DNA of 45,657 nt from an uncultured Actinomycetes bacterium. GTDB taxonomy: Bacteria > Actinomycetota > Thermoleophilia > Gaiellales > F1-60-MAGs149. The notes below the pieces were generated by a model. The model was given only the letters and a program-made list of their open reading frames with translations, was not told the origin of the DNA and made no database searches. The translations under genes and the position numbers were made by a program. This document shows positions 31,022 to 40,330 of this stretch, in pieces. Location: NCBI GenBank assembly GCA_903847495.1, contig CAINDT010000349.1, positions 1 through 45,657 of the forward strand, given 5' to 3'. Each line of letters opens with the position of its first letter. Positions within the stretch are counted from its first letter, which is position 1.

Positions 31022-33039
31022 GCCAGCACCTCTGGCGCGCCGAGGCCACCGGTGTACGAGGGACGGCTGTCCGGATCGATTCCCTGTGTCTCGTCGTACG
31101 GAAGATCGAACTTGTTCGGGTAGTAGCGGATGAGGCTGTACGACCTGCCGTTCATCGACGCCGTCACGCGCTGGAACGTCGGATTAGACGGCGATGCGCC
31201 GCTCGAGGAAGGCACGTCCGCTGGGCAGGTCTGGATGGACGTGCGGTCGAACTTGGCCGTGAGGATGCGGTTGCCGTTGAGATCAGGCGCACCGCTCGAG
31301 CCACCGAACGAGTAGCTCGTAAGGAACGATCCAGTGTTCGAGCGGCGCTCCTCGATGACGCGCTGCGGAGCTTCGTTCATGGTCGCGCTGTTCTGCGTCT
31401 CGACGACCTCGACGTACGGGGGAGTCAGCTGGAAGATCACATCGCCTCCGCTGCCGGAGACGGAGGGAACGCGGATGCAGCCCGTGTGAACGACCTCGCG
31501 CCGGTTTCCGTTCGACTGGAGAACTTGAGGAGCCGCGACGACCTTCTTGGCAAGGTCGCCCTTGTTCGGACCCGTCACGACCTGGGTGTTCGACGCAGGG
31601 ATGTAGTTGTTGATCTGGTCGCTTTGCTGCTGCTGGTTGAATGCGTCGAATGTTCCGCGCGGGAACTGATAGACGACGGGATTCTGACCGTCCAGCTGGA
31701 ACGTCGTCGGAAGCAGCATGTCCGGCGAGTTCGGATTGACTATGTTCGCATGGTCGTACGCGGACGGAGTCATGCGTACGATGAGCGCGGATCCGTATGC
31801 GTCAGGCTGGAACGCGGGAACGAAATCGAAGTTCCCGACCTCGGTCTTGATCGAGCCCAGGATGTTCTTGAGGAACAGACTCGAGGAGATGAGCGTGCTC
31901 GTGCCTGCGGGCGTCGGCGTGTCGTCGTCGGTGTCCGATGCCCCAGCCGTGAACACCTGCGTCGATGTGGCCTTTGCCGCCACCTCGAAGGTAATCGCGT
32001 TCTCGGTGAGCATGTTCTGCTCGGTGACGCGGATCGAGGTGATGAGGTCGTTCTTGTAGTCGATCCTGTTCTGCGACAGTCGGATGCAGAGCGTAAGCAG
32101 GGCTCCCGGCGTGACGTTGCGGTCGCCCTTCACGCTGGCGATGAAGTGCTTCACGCCGATGACGTGGGTGTCCTGCAACGAACGCTCGAACGTGTAGGAA
32201 CAGTCGCCGACGCGGGCGGGAGCCGGCAAGCCGCGCGCGAACTCCTGATCGGTGATGTCGAACAGCAGGCGGGTGCGGCTCTCGTCGACAGCGTACTCCT
32301 GCCGCACGCGGCGGAATCCGCGGTACAGGTTCCCCGAGACGAAGCGGCGGTAGAAGTCCGCGCCATCTCCGCCGATGCCGCTCGACGTGATGAAGTCGAC
32401 GACCACGTCCGTCCGGTAGGCGTCTCCGCCGGGATACGGGTTCTGGAATGTCGCAGTGTTCGGGGAGCCCGCCCTGTCGAGGGCGGTACCGGCGATGACA
32501 GGAGCCACTGCTCCAGGCGTCGAGACGATATGGAGGGAACCCGTCTTCCTGATCGTCGTGTGTCCCATCTCGTCGATCGAGAAGTCGGCTCGGCAGTAGA
32601 AGTTCTTGATCTTGTTGGCGGAGGACGACGCAAGGGCGAACTCCGCCGTGAAGTTCACGACGACCGCGTTGGTACCCGTGATCTGCACCATTGCGGCGCG
32701 GAAGAACGGACCGCCCATCTCGTCCTGCACCCTGGGGTTTAGGTTTCCCGGTCCAGGAATGGTGTTGACGATGTCGAACGCCTTGTTCGTCTCGTCGACG
32801 ATCCTGATCCGAAGCTCCTTGCGGGGCTGATTGAGCCTCTGAATCATCTGCTGCGCGAAGTTCTGGTTGCTTGTGTTGTAGTCGCCGGTTTCCGCGAACA
32901 CGAGCGCCTCTCCGGTCACCGTGTGCATCAGCATCGACGACGATGGATTGCCGTGGTCGGCTGCGCTGTCGATGCGGTACTCGACGATGCGGACCTGGCG
33001 CAGGTTGACGCCGTTGTATCGGATGGTTGTCTCGCTCAT
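31018..33039 (-). CDS. Distal tail protein-like structural protein, 673 aa
   Basis: ATG at 33039 in an ATGA overlap with the tape measure stop. N terminus MSETTIRYNGVNLRQVRIVEYRID... Confidence 0.7.
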   Translation of the reverse strand: MSETTIRYNGVNLRQVRIVEYRIDSAADHGNPSSSMLMHTVTGEALVFAETGDYNTSNQNFAQQMIQRLNQPRKELRIRIVDETNKAFDIVNTIPGPGNLNPRVQDEMGGPFFRAAMVQITGTNAVVVNFTAEFALASSSANKIKNFYCRADFSIDEMGHTTIRKTGSLHIVSTPGAVAPVIAGTALDRAGSPNTATFQNPYPGGDAYRTDVVVDFITSSGIGGDGADFYRRFVSGNLYRGFRRVRQEYAVDESRTRLLFDITDQEFARGLPAPARVGDCSYTFERSLQDTHVIGVKHFIASVKGDRNVTPGALLTLCIRLSQNRIDYKNDLITSIRVTEQNMLTENAITFEVAAKATSTQVFTAGASDTDDDTPTPAGTSTLISSSLFLKNILGSIKTEVGNFDFVPAFQPDAYGSALIVRMTPSAYDHANIVNPNSPDMLLPTTFQLDGQNPVVYQFPRGTFDAFNQQQQSDQINNYIPASNTQVVTGPNKGDLAKKVVAAPQVLQSNGNRREVVHTGCIRVPSVSGSGGDVIFQLTPPYVEVVETQNSATMNEAPQRVIEERRSNTGSFLTSYSFGGSSGAPDLNGNRILTAKFDRTSIQTCPADVPSSSGASPSNPTFQRVTASMNGRSYSLIRYYPNKFDLPYDETQGIDPDSRPSYTGGLGAPEVLA

Positions 33040-34535
33040 GGACGGAACTCCCACCAGTTGTTCGCGGTCGCGAGCGGCCTGCGGTTCCCGCCGCGCATGC
33101 TCGGATACGCGCGGTCAGGATCGAACCTGCCGGCGGTCATCTCGGAAAGGTCGTCGATGAACACGCCGTTCACCGTGGCGCGGGCCTGATTGATCCTGCC
33201 GTTGATGTATGCATTGTAAGCCGCGTCGATCTGCGGGAAAAGAGACTTCACGAGCGACCCGATGGGGGTATATCCCATCATTCCGACCATTCCGGCGGCG
33301 AACGCCTGTCCGTTGCCTGCGAGACCTTCGGACAGGAGTCCGAGGTTGGATCCGACGCGGAGCAGGCCCGCACCGATGACCGAAGTCGCCGAGCTGCCGA
33401 GGTACCTCGCGAACCGAGTCGTCTCGATGTTCAGCAGCTCCTCGCGGGTGAACCCAGCCGAGGTGTTCCGCGATGCACGGGCCAGGATGATGTTGTCCCG
33501 AATCTGGGCGATCTGAACCTGTGCCTGCATCATGGCGGTCGGGGCGTCGACCATCGCATAAGCGGCCCTTGTCGCCCGAGCCGAATCGACGATGCGCTTC
33601 AGCATCTCGCCGATGCGGCGGACAATGTTGACGAGCATCTGCCCGATGGCGAGAACCCGCCCGAACACCCGAAGGAACCCGCCGGCTCGCTCCATGAACG
33701 TCGGTGCCGCAGGCTGCGCCCCAGGAGCCGCGGGAGGTCGGGCGATGTCCCGAACCTGACGGGCATAGGCCCGTGTTCCCGGCAGACCCGACGGGGAGAC
33801 CTGCCCGGACAGGATGGCGCGCTCCTCGTCATTGAACGCGGGAGTCGCGCCAGACTCGCGCTGTCGGCGCAGAACGTCGATGCGCTCCTGCATGGCGCTC
33901 GACATCCGGTTCCTTGCCGCACGCAGTCCGGCCATATGGTCCGTGCGGGCGTTGCGCATGGCATCGCGCTGGGCAGCGGCCTCTCGCCTGTAGATCTCCC
34001 GTGCGGTCTCCGCGCTGATCCTTCCCTGCTGGGATTCGCCAAACAGCTCGACGCGACGGAGGGAAAGCGCCTCGCGCATCTCGTTCCGCGTCATGGACGC
34101 GCGCTGCGCCTCGTCGTGGTACCGCGCGAGAAGACCGCGATGGGCCTCGGAACCGATGTCGCTGAACCGGAGACCCGGCGTGCGGGTCATCCTGTTGCGG
34201 TACTCGAGCACCGAGGCGGCAAAGCCACTGGCAGGCTCGTCTCCTGCCCTTGGACGGCCTCCGCGACCTCCGCCCCCACCACCACCGCCTCCGCCACCGC
34301 CACCGCCTCCTGCGCCTCCACCGCCTCCGCCACCAGCTGCCCGACCGCTGCGCGCGAGAACGCGGAGGGTCTCGAGTATCGCGCGCACGTTGCCATTGAT
34401 GGCGCCTACGTTCACCTGGATGTGACGCAGGGTCTCGAGCACGGACTGCATCGTGGTGTCGGAGCCGCCGCGCGCGGGGTCACCGTCACCCGTGATGTTC
34501 ACGTTGATGCTTGCTACGGACGCCAGATCGGACAT
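33036..34535 (-). CDS. Tape measure protein-like, 499 aa, with poly-Gly tract
   Basis: ATG at 34535 in a TGATG junction. Long helical, Arg/Ala/Gln-rich sequence with hydrophobic segments (GGFLRVFGRVLAIGQMLVNIV, AAGMVGMMGY). Positioned after the chaperone-like genes. Confidence 0.65.
   Translation of the reverse strand: MSDLASVASINVNITGDGDPARGGSDTTMQSVLETLRHIQVNVGAINGNVRAILETLRVLARSGRAAGGGGGGGAGGGGGGGGGGGGGGGRGGRPRAGDEPASGFAASVLEYRNRMTRTPGLRFSDIGSEAHRGLLARYHDEAQRASMTRNEMREALSLRRVELFGESQQGRISAETAREIYRREAAAQRDAMRNARTDHMAGLRAARNRMSSAMQERIDVLRRQRESGATPAFNDEERAILSGQVSPSGLPGTRAYARQVRDIARPPAAPGAQPAAPTFMERAGGFLRVFGRVLAIGQMLVNIVRRIGEMLKRIVDSARATRAAYAMVDAPTAMMQAQVQIAQIRDNIILARASRNTSAGFTREELLNIETTRFARYLGSSATSVIGAGLLRVGSNLGLLSEGLAGNGQAFAAGMVGMMGYTPIGSLVKSLFPQIDAAYNAYINGRINQARATVNGVFIDDLSEMTAGRFDPDRAYPSMRGGNRRPLATANNWWEFRP
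34257..34334. repeat. GGN-codon low-complexity tract encoding G7-A-G15-RGG
   Basis: Tape measure residues 68-93. The plus strand reads CCGCC/CCACC repeats. Confidence 0.9.
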
Positions 34536-35335
34536 CAGCCCACCTCGATCGAATAGGAGAGGCTCGTCGCCGTGGTCGTGTACGCACGGCGATACCACTG
34601 GTACGTCACACCGTCCTGCACGAACGAACCGACGGCTGGACCGTCAGGAGGCGGGAATCCCGTCCTGTAGAACGGCTCGAGTCCCTGCGCGGTGCGGATG
34701 GTCACTCCCATCGCGTGCAGATCGGCGGGGATCGCGAACCACAGGTATGTGGGAGTCGTGGCCTGTCGGTTGACCGTTGCGACGTACTTCACGGAATTCG
34801 AGAAGTTGACCTCTTCGGTCAAACCCGCCCACGTCGGCTGCGTGGCGCTGAACCCATAGCGGAAGATTCCAGCCACGGGCCAGGGCAGCGCGTACGAGCA
34901 GACGAAGATGTCCGTCGCCGCCATGTAGTTGGACGACCTCGGCTCGGTGCGGACGGGACCACTCGAGACGAGGCGGATGGCGACCTGGAGCAGTCCGTCG
35001 AGCGTGTCCTGGATCAGGGCTCGCCTCACGTCGGCCTGACGGGCCATGACGCCCTTGTCGATGCCGGCGATCATGCGGCTCTGCTTGATGTCGTTGTCCG
35101 ACGCATGGCGGACATACGTCGTGACCGCGAACCGCTCGGTGATGAAGCCGAGTCCGGAGCGGTTGAACTCGTTCGTCGCGCCGGCGGCGACGGGCGACAG
35201 CTGCACCGCGAAGTCCATCGCCTCCGCGAAAGCAGGCTCGCCGATCAGGTAGACGCGGCTTGCCGGGATCCCGAGCGTCGTGATCAGGCGCTGGCGGAGA
35301 GCGCGATGCACTGCATCCTGCGTTGCGAGGATCAT
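34535..35335 (-). CDS. Virion structural protein, 266 aa (tail-terminator-like N-terminal half plus extra domain)
   Basis: Track ORF with an ATGA overlap. Placement only; the family impression is weak. Confidence 0.6.
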   Translation of the reverse strand: MILATQDAVHRALRQRLITTLGIPASRVYLIGEPAFAEAMDFAVQLSPVAAGATNEFNRSGLGFITERFAVTTYVRHASDNDIKQSRMIAGIDKGVMARQADVRRALIQDTLDGLLQVAIRLVSSGPVRTEPRSSNYMAATDIFVCSYALPWPVAGIFRYGFSATQPTWAGLTEEVNFSNSVKYVATVNRQATTPTYLWFAIPADLHAMGVTIRTAQGLEPFYRTGFPPPDGPAVGSFVQDGVTYQWYRRAYTTTATSLSYSIEVG

Positions 35336-35523
35336 CGCGCGCCTCCCTGGCTGGCGCGCTGGCGCATGGCCTCGAGCTTCATGCGGGCGATGTCCTTCGG
35401 CGGTGCGCCGCAGTCCTTCATCAGGTCGCTGTTGGCTTCGGCGGAAAGACAGGCCGCGATTCCACGGGCGAACATCGCGCTCTTGAGAGCCATCGCCGTA
35501 CGGATGTTGTGGAACAGGCCCAT
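35332..35523 (-). CDS. Small hypothetical protein, 63 aa
   Basis: GAGGAGGAAG RBS before the ATG at 35523. Confidence 0.6.
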   Translation of the reverse strand: MGLFHNIRTAMALKSAMFARGIAACLSAEANSDLMKDCGAPPKDIARMKLEAMRQRASQGGAR

Positions 35524-35591
35524 CGCTTCCTCCTCATCACGGCACGCGGATGGCGGGAACCCGTAGGCGGCGGCGAACAGCGCAGCCGCCT

Positions 35592-35852
35592 TTAGGCGTT
35601 TCCCGCCTTGCCCATCACTTTCGCCAGACGAACCGACATGCCCCAGAGCTCGTGATCGGTCAGGCCGTCATGCGAGTCGAGAGCCTGCTTCATCGCGTCC
35701 ACGATGACCTCCTTGGGAGGGTTCTCATCACCCTTCGACTTCTCGAGCAGGATGCTCGTGTACACGAGGGAGTCGATGCGGTACGACCGCCCGTCCTTCG
35801 TGAAGGTGATGTTCCATTCGTCGTCTCCGAGGTCAATCGTCTGCTTTGCCAT
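35592..35852 (-). CDS. Tail assembly chaperone-like protein, 86 aa
   Basis: AGGAGAGAGA RBS. Small acidic protein directly after the putative tube gene. Confidence 0.55.
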   Translation of the reverse strand: MAKQTIDLGDDEWNITFTKDGRSYRIDSLVYTSILLEKSKGDENPPKEVIVDAMKQALDSHDGLTDHELWGMSVRLAKVMGKAGNA

Positions 35853-35873
35853 TCGTCTCTCTCCTGTTCGTGA

Positions 35874-36440
35874 TTAGGCGCCGCTCGTCTTGGCGGCTGT
35901 CGTCGAGAACACCGACAGGTTGCCGACAGGCACGCTCGTGAACGAGAGTGCGATGCGCTTGAGCGTGTTGCCGAAGTCGATGTATTCCGGTCCGGCGGAC
36001 AGCATGACGGCGCCGAACTCGTAGACGGTCTCTCCGACGGTCGTCGGCTCGATGTACAGCTTGACGAGTCGCGCTCCACCGGTGACGGTCGAGCCGCCGA
36101 CGGTCGCGTACTTGCCCTCGTCCTCCGCCTGCTGCGTGGTGACGAGACCCTGGCGGACCTTGCGGAGCAACTTGAGGAGCTCGTCCTGGTTCCACGAAAC
36201 GAGCGTCATGTCGATGGTCGCGGTCGAGCCGGCGGTCACCGATTCCGCGATCATGTCGCCAAGGTCGTTTCGCGTGAACGTGCGGTAGTGGTCGCGCACG
36301 GTGATGCGGATCAGATCCTCGTTGTCGGTCTTGCCGAGCTCGACCAGCGTGTTGTTCGCAGGGGCATTTCCGTTCGCCAGCCATGCGCCCCACTTGATCG
36401 TCGTCGGTCCGTTCACATGGAAGTCAGTTGCTGCCGGCAT
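35874..36440 (-). CDS. Putative major tail (tube) protein, 188 aa
   Basis: Position between the connector genes and the chaperone and tape measure genes. Beta-rich sequence. Confidence 0.55.
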   Translation of the reverse strand: MPAATDFHVNGPTTIKWGAWLANGNAPANNTLVELGKTDNEDLIRITVRDHYRTFTRNDLGDMIAESVTAGSTATIDMTLVSWNQDELLKLLRKVRQGLVTTQQAEDEGKYATVGGSTVTGGARLVKLYIEPTTVGETVYEFGAVMLSAGPEYIDFGNTLKRIALSFTSVPVGNLSVFSTTAAKTSGA

Positions 36441-36441
36441 G

Positions 36442-36996
36442 TCAAGCTCCCAGTCTCTGCACCGCCGCGAGGGCGATGCGGTTCAAGTGCGTGGTTGAGA
36501 ATGCGTTCCAAGGGCGACCAGGCACGGTCAGCTGCTCCTTGATGACGTAGTCGTACTGATTCCGAAGTCCGTCGAAGTTCCTCGAGCGCCGCCGGGACTG
36601 ATCTCGCGCGAGGATGACGTTGTGGAACGTCTTCTCGCGAACATAGTCGAGACCGTAGCCCTGTGCGACGATCTTGATGGTATACGAGGTTCCGCTCCTG
36701 TCACCCGTCCTCGACGGACTCGGAGGAGATATCTCGCCCACGGCGATGCTGTCGTGCAGCCTGCGCGTGTCGACGAGCGGAACGTCGCTGTTGGTTCGGT
36801 CGCCCTCGACCCGACGACGGCCATCGGAACGGTCGCGGAACAGGGAGCGCCACGCCATGAGCGGTGCTCCGATGACGTTCTCGCCGTTCTCCGCGTACCG
36901 CTGCTCCGTCAGATTTCCGCGCATCTCGTCGACAACCGTGTCCGCGATGGAGCGGACGATCAGGTTCTCGAGGGATCGGCGGACTTCGGGGCTCAC
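36442..36996 (-). CDS. Head-tail joining / tail completion protein, 184 aa
   Basis: GTG at 36996 in a GTGA overlap (VSPEVRRSLENLIVRSIADTVVDEMRGNL...). The rest of the 360-aa track ORF is shadow over the neighbouring gene. Confidence 0.6.
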   Translation of the reverse strand: MSPEVRRSLENLIVRSIADTVVDEMRGNLTEQRYAENGENVIGAPLMAWRSLFRDRSDGRRRVEGDRTNSDVPLVDTRRLHDSIAVGEISPPSPSRTGDRSGTSYTIKIVAQGYGLDYVREKTFHNVILARDQSRRRSRNFDGLRNQYDYVIKEQLTVPGRPWNAFSTTHLNRIALAAVQRLGA

Positions 36997-37484
36997 GATG
37001 CGGTGTACTTCCTGCGGGGGAAGAACTCCGTGTCGGCGACCATGCCGAGGTTTCCCCGCTGAACCTGGGTGATGATGGACAGCGCGGGCTTCGATGCGTC
37101 GATGTTCGTCTGGACCGGGAACACCCTCGAGCCGTCGCGAAGGTCGAGCAGCAGCGCGTTCGCCTTGTCCATGCGGTCGCGCACGGCCTCGCCGAATGGA
37201 CCGCCACGGCGAGCCAGCAGGATGCCGAGCGCGAGGTCGCAGACGACTCCGATGAGCATCCAGTTCAAGTTGCTCTGGAGATCGTCGAGATCGTCCGTCG
37301 TGTAGATCCCACCGCGGAGCGCGAACGTCTGGACCTCGTGGGACGCCCGGGTGAGCGCCGCCATGATGATCATGTTGTTCGAGTCGACGACGCCATCGGC
37401 CTCCGCGTCGATGCCCAGCTCCGCAAGGAGCCGCTCGTCGACGGAGAGGACGAACTGCTGGACCGTGGCGTAGGGGACGGGCAT
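36993..37484 (-). CDS. Head-tail connector protein (DUF1320/Mu gp36-like impression), 163 aa
   Basis: ATG at 37484 preceded by GGAG. Product MPVPYATVQQFVLSVDERLLAELG... Confidence 0.6.
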   Translation of the reverse strand: MPVPYATVQQFVLSVDERLLAELGIDAEADGVVDSNNMIIMAALTRASHEVQTFALRGGIYTTDDLDDLQSNLNWMLIGVVCDLALGILLARRGGPFGEAVRDRMDKANALLLDLRDGSRVFPVQTNIDASKPALSIITQVQRGNLGMVADTEFFPRRKYTAS

Positions 37485-37494
37485 GGAATCTCCG

Positions 37495-37529
37495 TAAAGG
37501 GGGGTGGATGCTTCCTGCACCCACCCCCC
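37495..37529 (-). terminator. Hairpin just downstream of the capsid gene (possible partial terminator)
   Basis: GGGGGGTGG (37499-37507) pairs with CCACCCCCC (37521-37529). On the minus strand it is followed only by TTTAC. Confidence 0.4.
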
Positions 37530-37551
37530 CACGAAAGAGAGAAGACCTCGA

Positions 37552-38598
37552 TCAGCCGAAGATGTTCGCGACGTAGATGCCGGCGAGCGGAGCGGTCAGC
37601 TCGGGGACGCTGTTGTCCACGATGCTGCCGACCGTGCGGCGGTTCTTCGGATCGTCGAAGGTCTCGACCGTCATGTCCTCGTACACGAAGTTGGTGATGG
37701 TCGCGAAGTTCGCGCCACCCTCGACTCCGACGAGACCTTGCGGACGGGACACGAAGAGGACACGGCCCTCGCCGAGGATGTAGTCCGCCGCGCGGGTCGC
37801 GCCCTTCTGGGTCGAGACCTTGACGGCGTCCTCGATGACGATGTCGCCGATGCCGAACAGTCCGGGAGCGAGTCCGTAGCGGGAGAAGTTGCCTTCGCCC
37901 TTCATCAGGTCAACGCCCTGCGTGTACTTGATGAGGTCCTTCATTTCCTCGGTGCGAGACATGCGGAACGCCGTCTTTGGCGACATGACGGCGATGATGT
38001 CGCTCATCTGGATCGCGCCACCGGTGTTGACCATCAGCTTCTCGGTCGCGGTCTGGAAGAGACGCGCGGCATAGGGCTGGCTGGTCGCATTGCCATCGGC
38101 AACGCCGTTCGTGGTGGTGAGTCCGGTGAGCGCGTCGAAGTCGGCGAAGTAGTTCGTTCCGGCGGTCCAGTTGCCCGCAGTGGTCAGCACGTTGAGCGCC
38201 CGCTGCGTGCGGAGCGTCATCAGCTGGGCCGCACGGCTGCGGGCGTGCTGGGCCACGATGTCCCATGCGGCGACCTTGGCGGTCTCGTAGGGGATGTAGA
38301 AGCCGCGCTCGAAACGCTTGGTGGCGAACTGCGCGAACTCGAAGTCGTTGTTGATGCCGGTCGGGCGATCCTCGCCGTACGCCCAGCGGAAGTCATTCTC
38401 ATCGACCACGCGGACGGCCTCGTCCGAGTTGATCTTGAGGTAGTAGCCGCTGACGGTCGAGACGGGGACGAGCTTGGTGTAGCGGTTCAGCGCGAACGAC
38501 TTGACGTTCCGCGTGAACTCGGTCTGGATGAGGCCGGTCGCCTCGGAGAAGGTGGGAACGAACGTGTTCAGTCCGCCACCGATGTTTGCATCTGCCAT
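37552..38598 (-). CDS. Major capsid protein, 348 aa
   Basis: Size and position after the scaffold and decoration genes. Track ORF with an ATG start. Confidence 0.8.
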   Translation of the reverse strand: MADANIGGGLNTFVPTFSEATGLIQTEFTRNVKSFALNRYTKLVPVSTVSGYYLKINSDEAVRVVDENDFRWAYGEDRPTGINNDFEFAQFATKRFERGFYIPYETAKVAAWDIVAQHARSRAAQLMTLRTQRALNVLTTAGNWTAGTNYFADFDALTGLTTTNGVADGNATSQPYAARLFQTATEKLMVNTGGAIQMSDIIAVMSPKTAFRMSRTEEMKDLIKYTQGVDLMKGEGNFSRYGLAPGLFGIGDIVIEDAVKVSTQKGATRAADYILGEGRVLFVSRPQGLVGVEGGANFATITNFVYEDMTVETFDDPKNRRTVGSIVDNSVPELTAPLAGIYVANIFG

Positions 38599-38632
38599 GT
38601 GTGTTTACCTCGTTGGTTGGTGTGCGGACGAA

Positions 38633-39031
38633 TCAGGCGAAGACCGTGTTGGTCTGCTTGAAGACGCGGATGATCTCGCCTGCACCTGCGGCGGGCTCGA
38701 GAGCGATGCCGAAGGGGAACTGCGTGCCGACAGCGACCTGCGCGCGGCCATTGGCGGACGGGGCAACGCGCGCGCCGGCGGTGATCGCGGCAGCTGCCTC
38801 GACCAGGACGACATTGCCACCCTGGAGGTTGATCGGATCGCCGGCGGCGGCGTGGACGTTGGTCACGCCCACGGCGGGGAACGACTTGCTGGAGCCATCG
38901 GCCACGCCAACGGCGATCTGGGTGATGGCGTCACAGGTGACGCCCAGGTTGCGACCGCTGACACGGACGAAACGGTAGGCGGTCGTGGTGTCGCTCGCGA
39001 CGAGCGATGGAGTGTCGGAGTATGCGCTCAT
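38633..39031 (-). CDS. Head decoration protein (DUF2190-like), 132 aa
   Basis: Gly/Ala/Val-rich beta protein immediately upstream of the capsid gene. Pattern ...AAGDPINLQGGNVVLVEAAAAITAGARVAPSANGRAQ... Confidence 0.7.
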   Translation of the reverse strand: MSAYSDTPSLVASDTTTAYRFVRVSGRNLGVTCDAITQIAVGVADGSSKSFPAVGVTNVHAAAGDPINLQGGNVVLVEAAAAITAGARVAPSANGRAQVAVGTQFPFGIALEPAAGAGEIIRVFKQTNTVFA

Positions 39032-39052
39032 GTCTGGAGCCTTCCTTGTTGA

Positions 39053-40225
39053 TTAGACGCCGCTCTTCGCGCGCGCCATGAGGGTCTTGAACTTCTCGGG
39101 ATCGCCAGCGGCCTCGGCCACGATCTTGGCGACGGTGTCACGGTCAAGGGACGACGACGCATCGGGCTTCGCGCCCGAGCGGGGGGTTGCGGTCACGCGC
39201 ACGCCGACGGGGTCGCGGCGGAAGTTCTCGCGCCAGAACGCGAGCTTCTTGGACGGGTTGGACGAGGAGACGAGCTCCTCGATCATCTCGTCGCGGCAGC
39301 AGTCGACGGCGAAGCCGTCCGATGCCATCGAGTCGATCTCGCGGCTGAACCGCTCCTTCGCCAGCTCGGTCTCGAGGGCGGCGATGCGGCGCTCGAACTT
39401 CTCCTTCATGCGGGCGAACTCGACCTTGTCGCCGGACTTGGAGTGCTTGGACTTCATGGCCTTCGCCTTGTCGTCCTCCTTCTCCTCCTCCTCGTCCTCG
39501 TCGTCGTCTCCCTCGTGGGAGTCGATGTCGACGTGGGTCTGGTTGTACATCTTGCGGTTCTCTTCCTTGAGGCGCGCGATCTCCGCGTCCTTCTCGGCGA
39601 TGAGCTTGCACATCTCGTCCTTCTCGTCCTTCTTCTCTGACTTGGCATCGTCTGCCATGTTGGACTCCTTCTTCTTCACGGCTGCGCCGGGTACGAACAC
39701 GTTGCCCACCCCGGGCGCAGCCTCGAAGCAGGAGGAGCATTCCATTGCGAACACGATCTTGTCGCCCTGCTTGCTGAAGCGCGTGTCAGGCAGCGGCCTG
39801 CGAGGCGTGTCCCTTCCAAGCAGGGCGATCTCGCTCATGTGGTCGTCCTGCCAGATCTCCGCGCTGCGGCGCGGGAACCGGTTGGAAGCGACGTACGTGG
39901 CGAAGTCGTCTCGGGACATCTCTACGTCGCCCACCACGAAGGGGACGCCGTTGCGCTCCTCGAGCTGAACGTCGAGCACTGCACCCACCGCCTCCTTGGG
40001 CTCGCTGTGGTCCTCCTGCGAATGGAGGATCACGATGCGCGGGTGCTGCCTGCGGCTGATGAACTGCCGCGTGCGGTCGACGATGCGGGCCACCTTGCGG
40101 CGATCGAACTTCTTGATCTCCTCGTCCGAGCCATCATCGATGGTCGGATCGAAGCCGGAGAACAGCTCGAGCCGCTTGATGACGACCTTGTCATCATCCT
40201 CGATGATGTCGTGGGAACCCTGCAT
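39053..40225 (-). CDS. Scaffolding protein with N-terminal protease-like domain, 390 aa
   Basis: Central coiled-coil and acidic low-complexity region (DDDEDEEEEKEDDKAKAMK). Lies between the MuF-like and capsid genes. Confidence 0.7.
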   Translation of the reverse strand: MQGSHDIIEDDDKVVIKRLELFSGFDPTIDDGSDEEIKKFDRRKVARIVDRTRQFISRRQHPRIVILHSQEDHSEPKEAVGAVLDVQLEERNGVPFVVGDVEMSRDDFATYVASNRFPRRSAEIWQDDHMSEIALLGRDTPRRPLPDTRFSKQGDKIVFAMECSSCFEAAPGVGNVFVPGAAVKKKESNMADDAKSEKKDEKDEMCKLIAEKDAEIARLKEENRKMYNQTHVDIDSHEGDDDEDEEEEKEDDKAKAMKSKHSKSGDKVEFARMKEKFERRIAALETELAKERFSREIDSMASDGFAVDCCRDEMIEELVSSSNPSKKLAFWRENFRRDPVGVRVTATPRSGAKPDASSSLDRDTVAKIVAEAAGDPEKFKTLMARAKSGV

Positions 40226-40281
40226 CGGCTCACATAACGCACGCTAGTGCTGATAAAATCAATGGCGAAATGACCAAACAG

Positions 40282-40318
40282 CCATAAAACGTCTATAAGC
40301 ATCCATAGACGCTTATGG
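40282..40318. promoter_or_regulatory. Hairpin inside a 105-bp AT-rich intergenic island
   Basis: CCATAA-AA-CGTCTAT, loop aagcatcc, ATAGACG-C-TTATGG. A hand count of 40241-40300 gives 24/60 G+C. Confidence 0.45.
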
Positions 40319-40330
40319 AATCATCAAACA

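Noticed and set aside
35332-35852. A canonical gpG/gpGT -1 frameshift pair of tail chaperones.
   Set aside because: The 86-aa and 63-aa ORFs are separated by 68 nt, and the second has its own strong RBS. The overlapping slippery-site arrangement is therefore not present.
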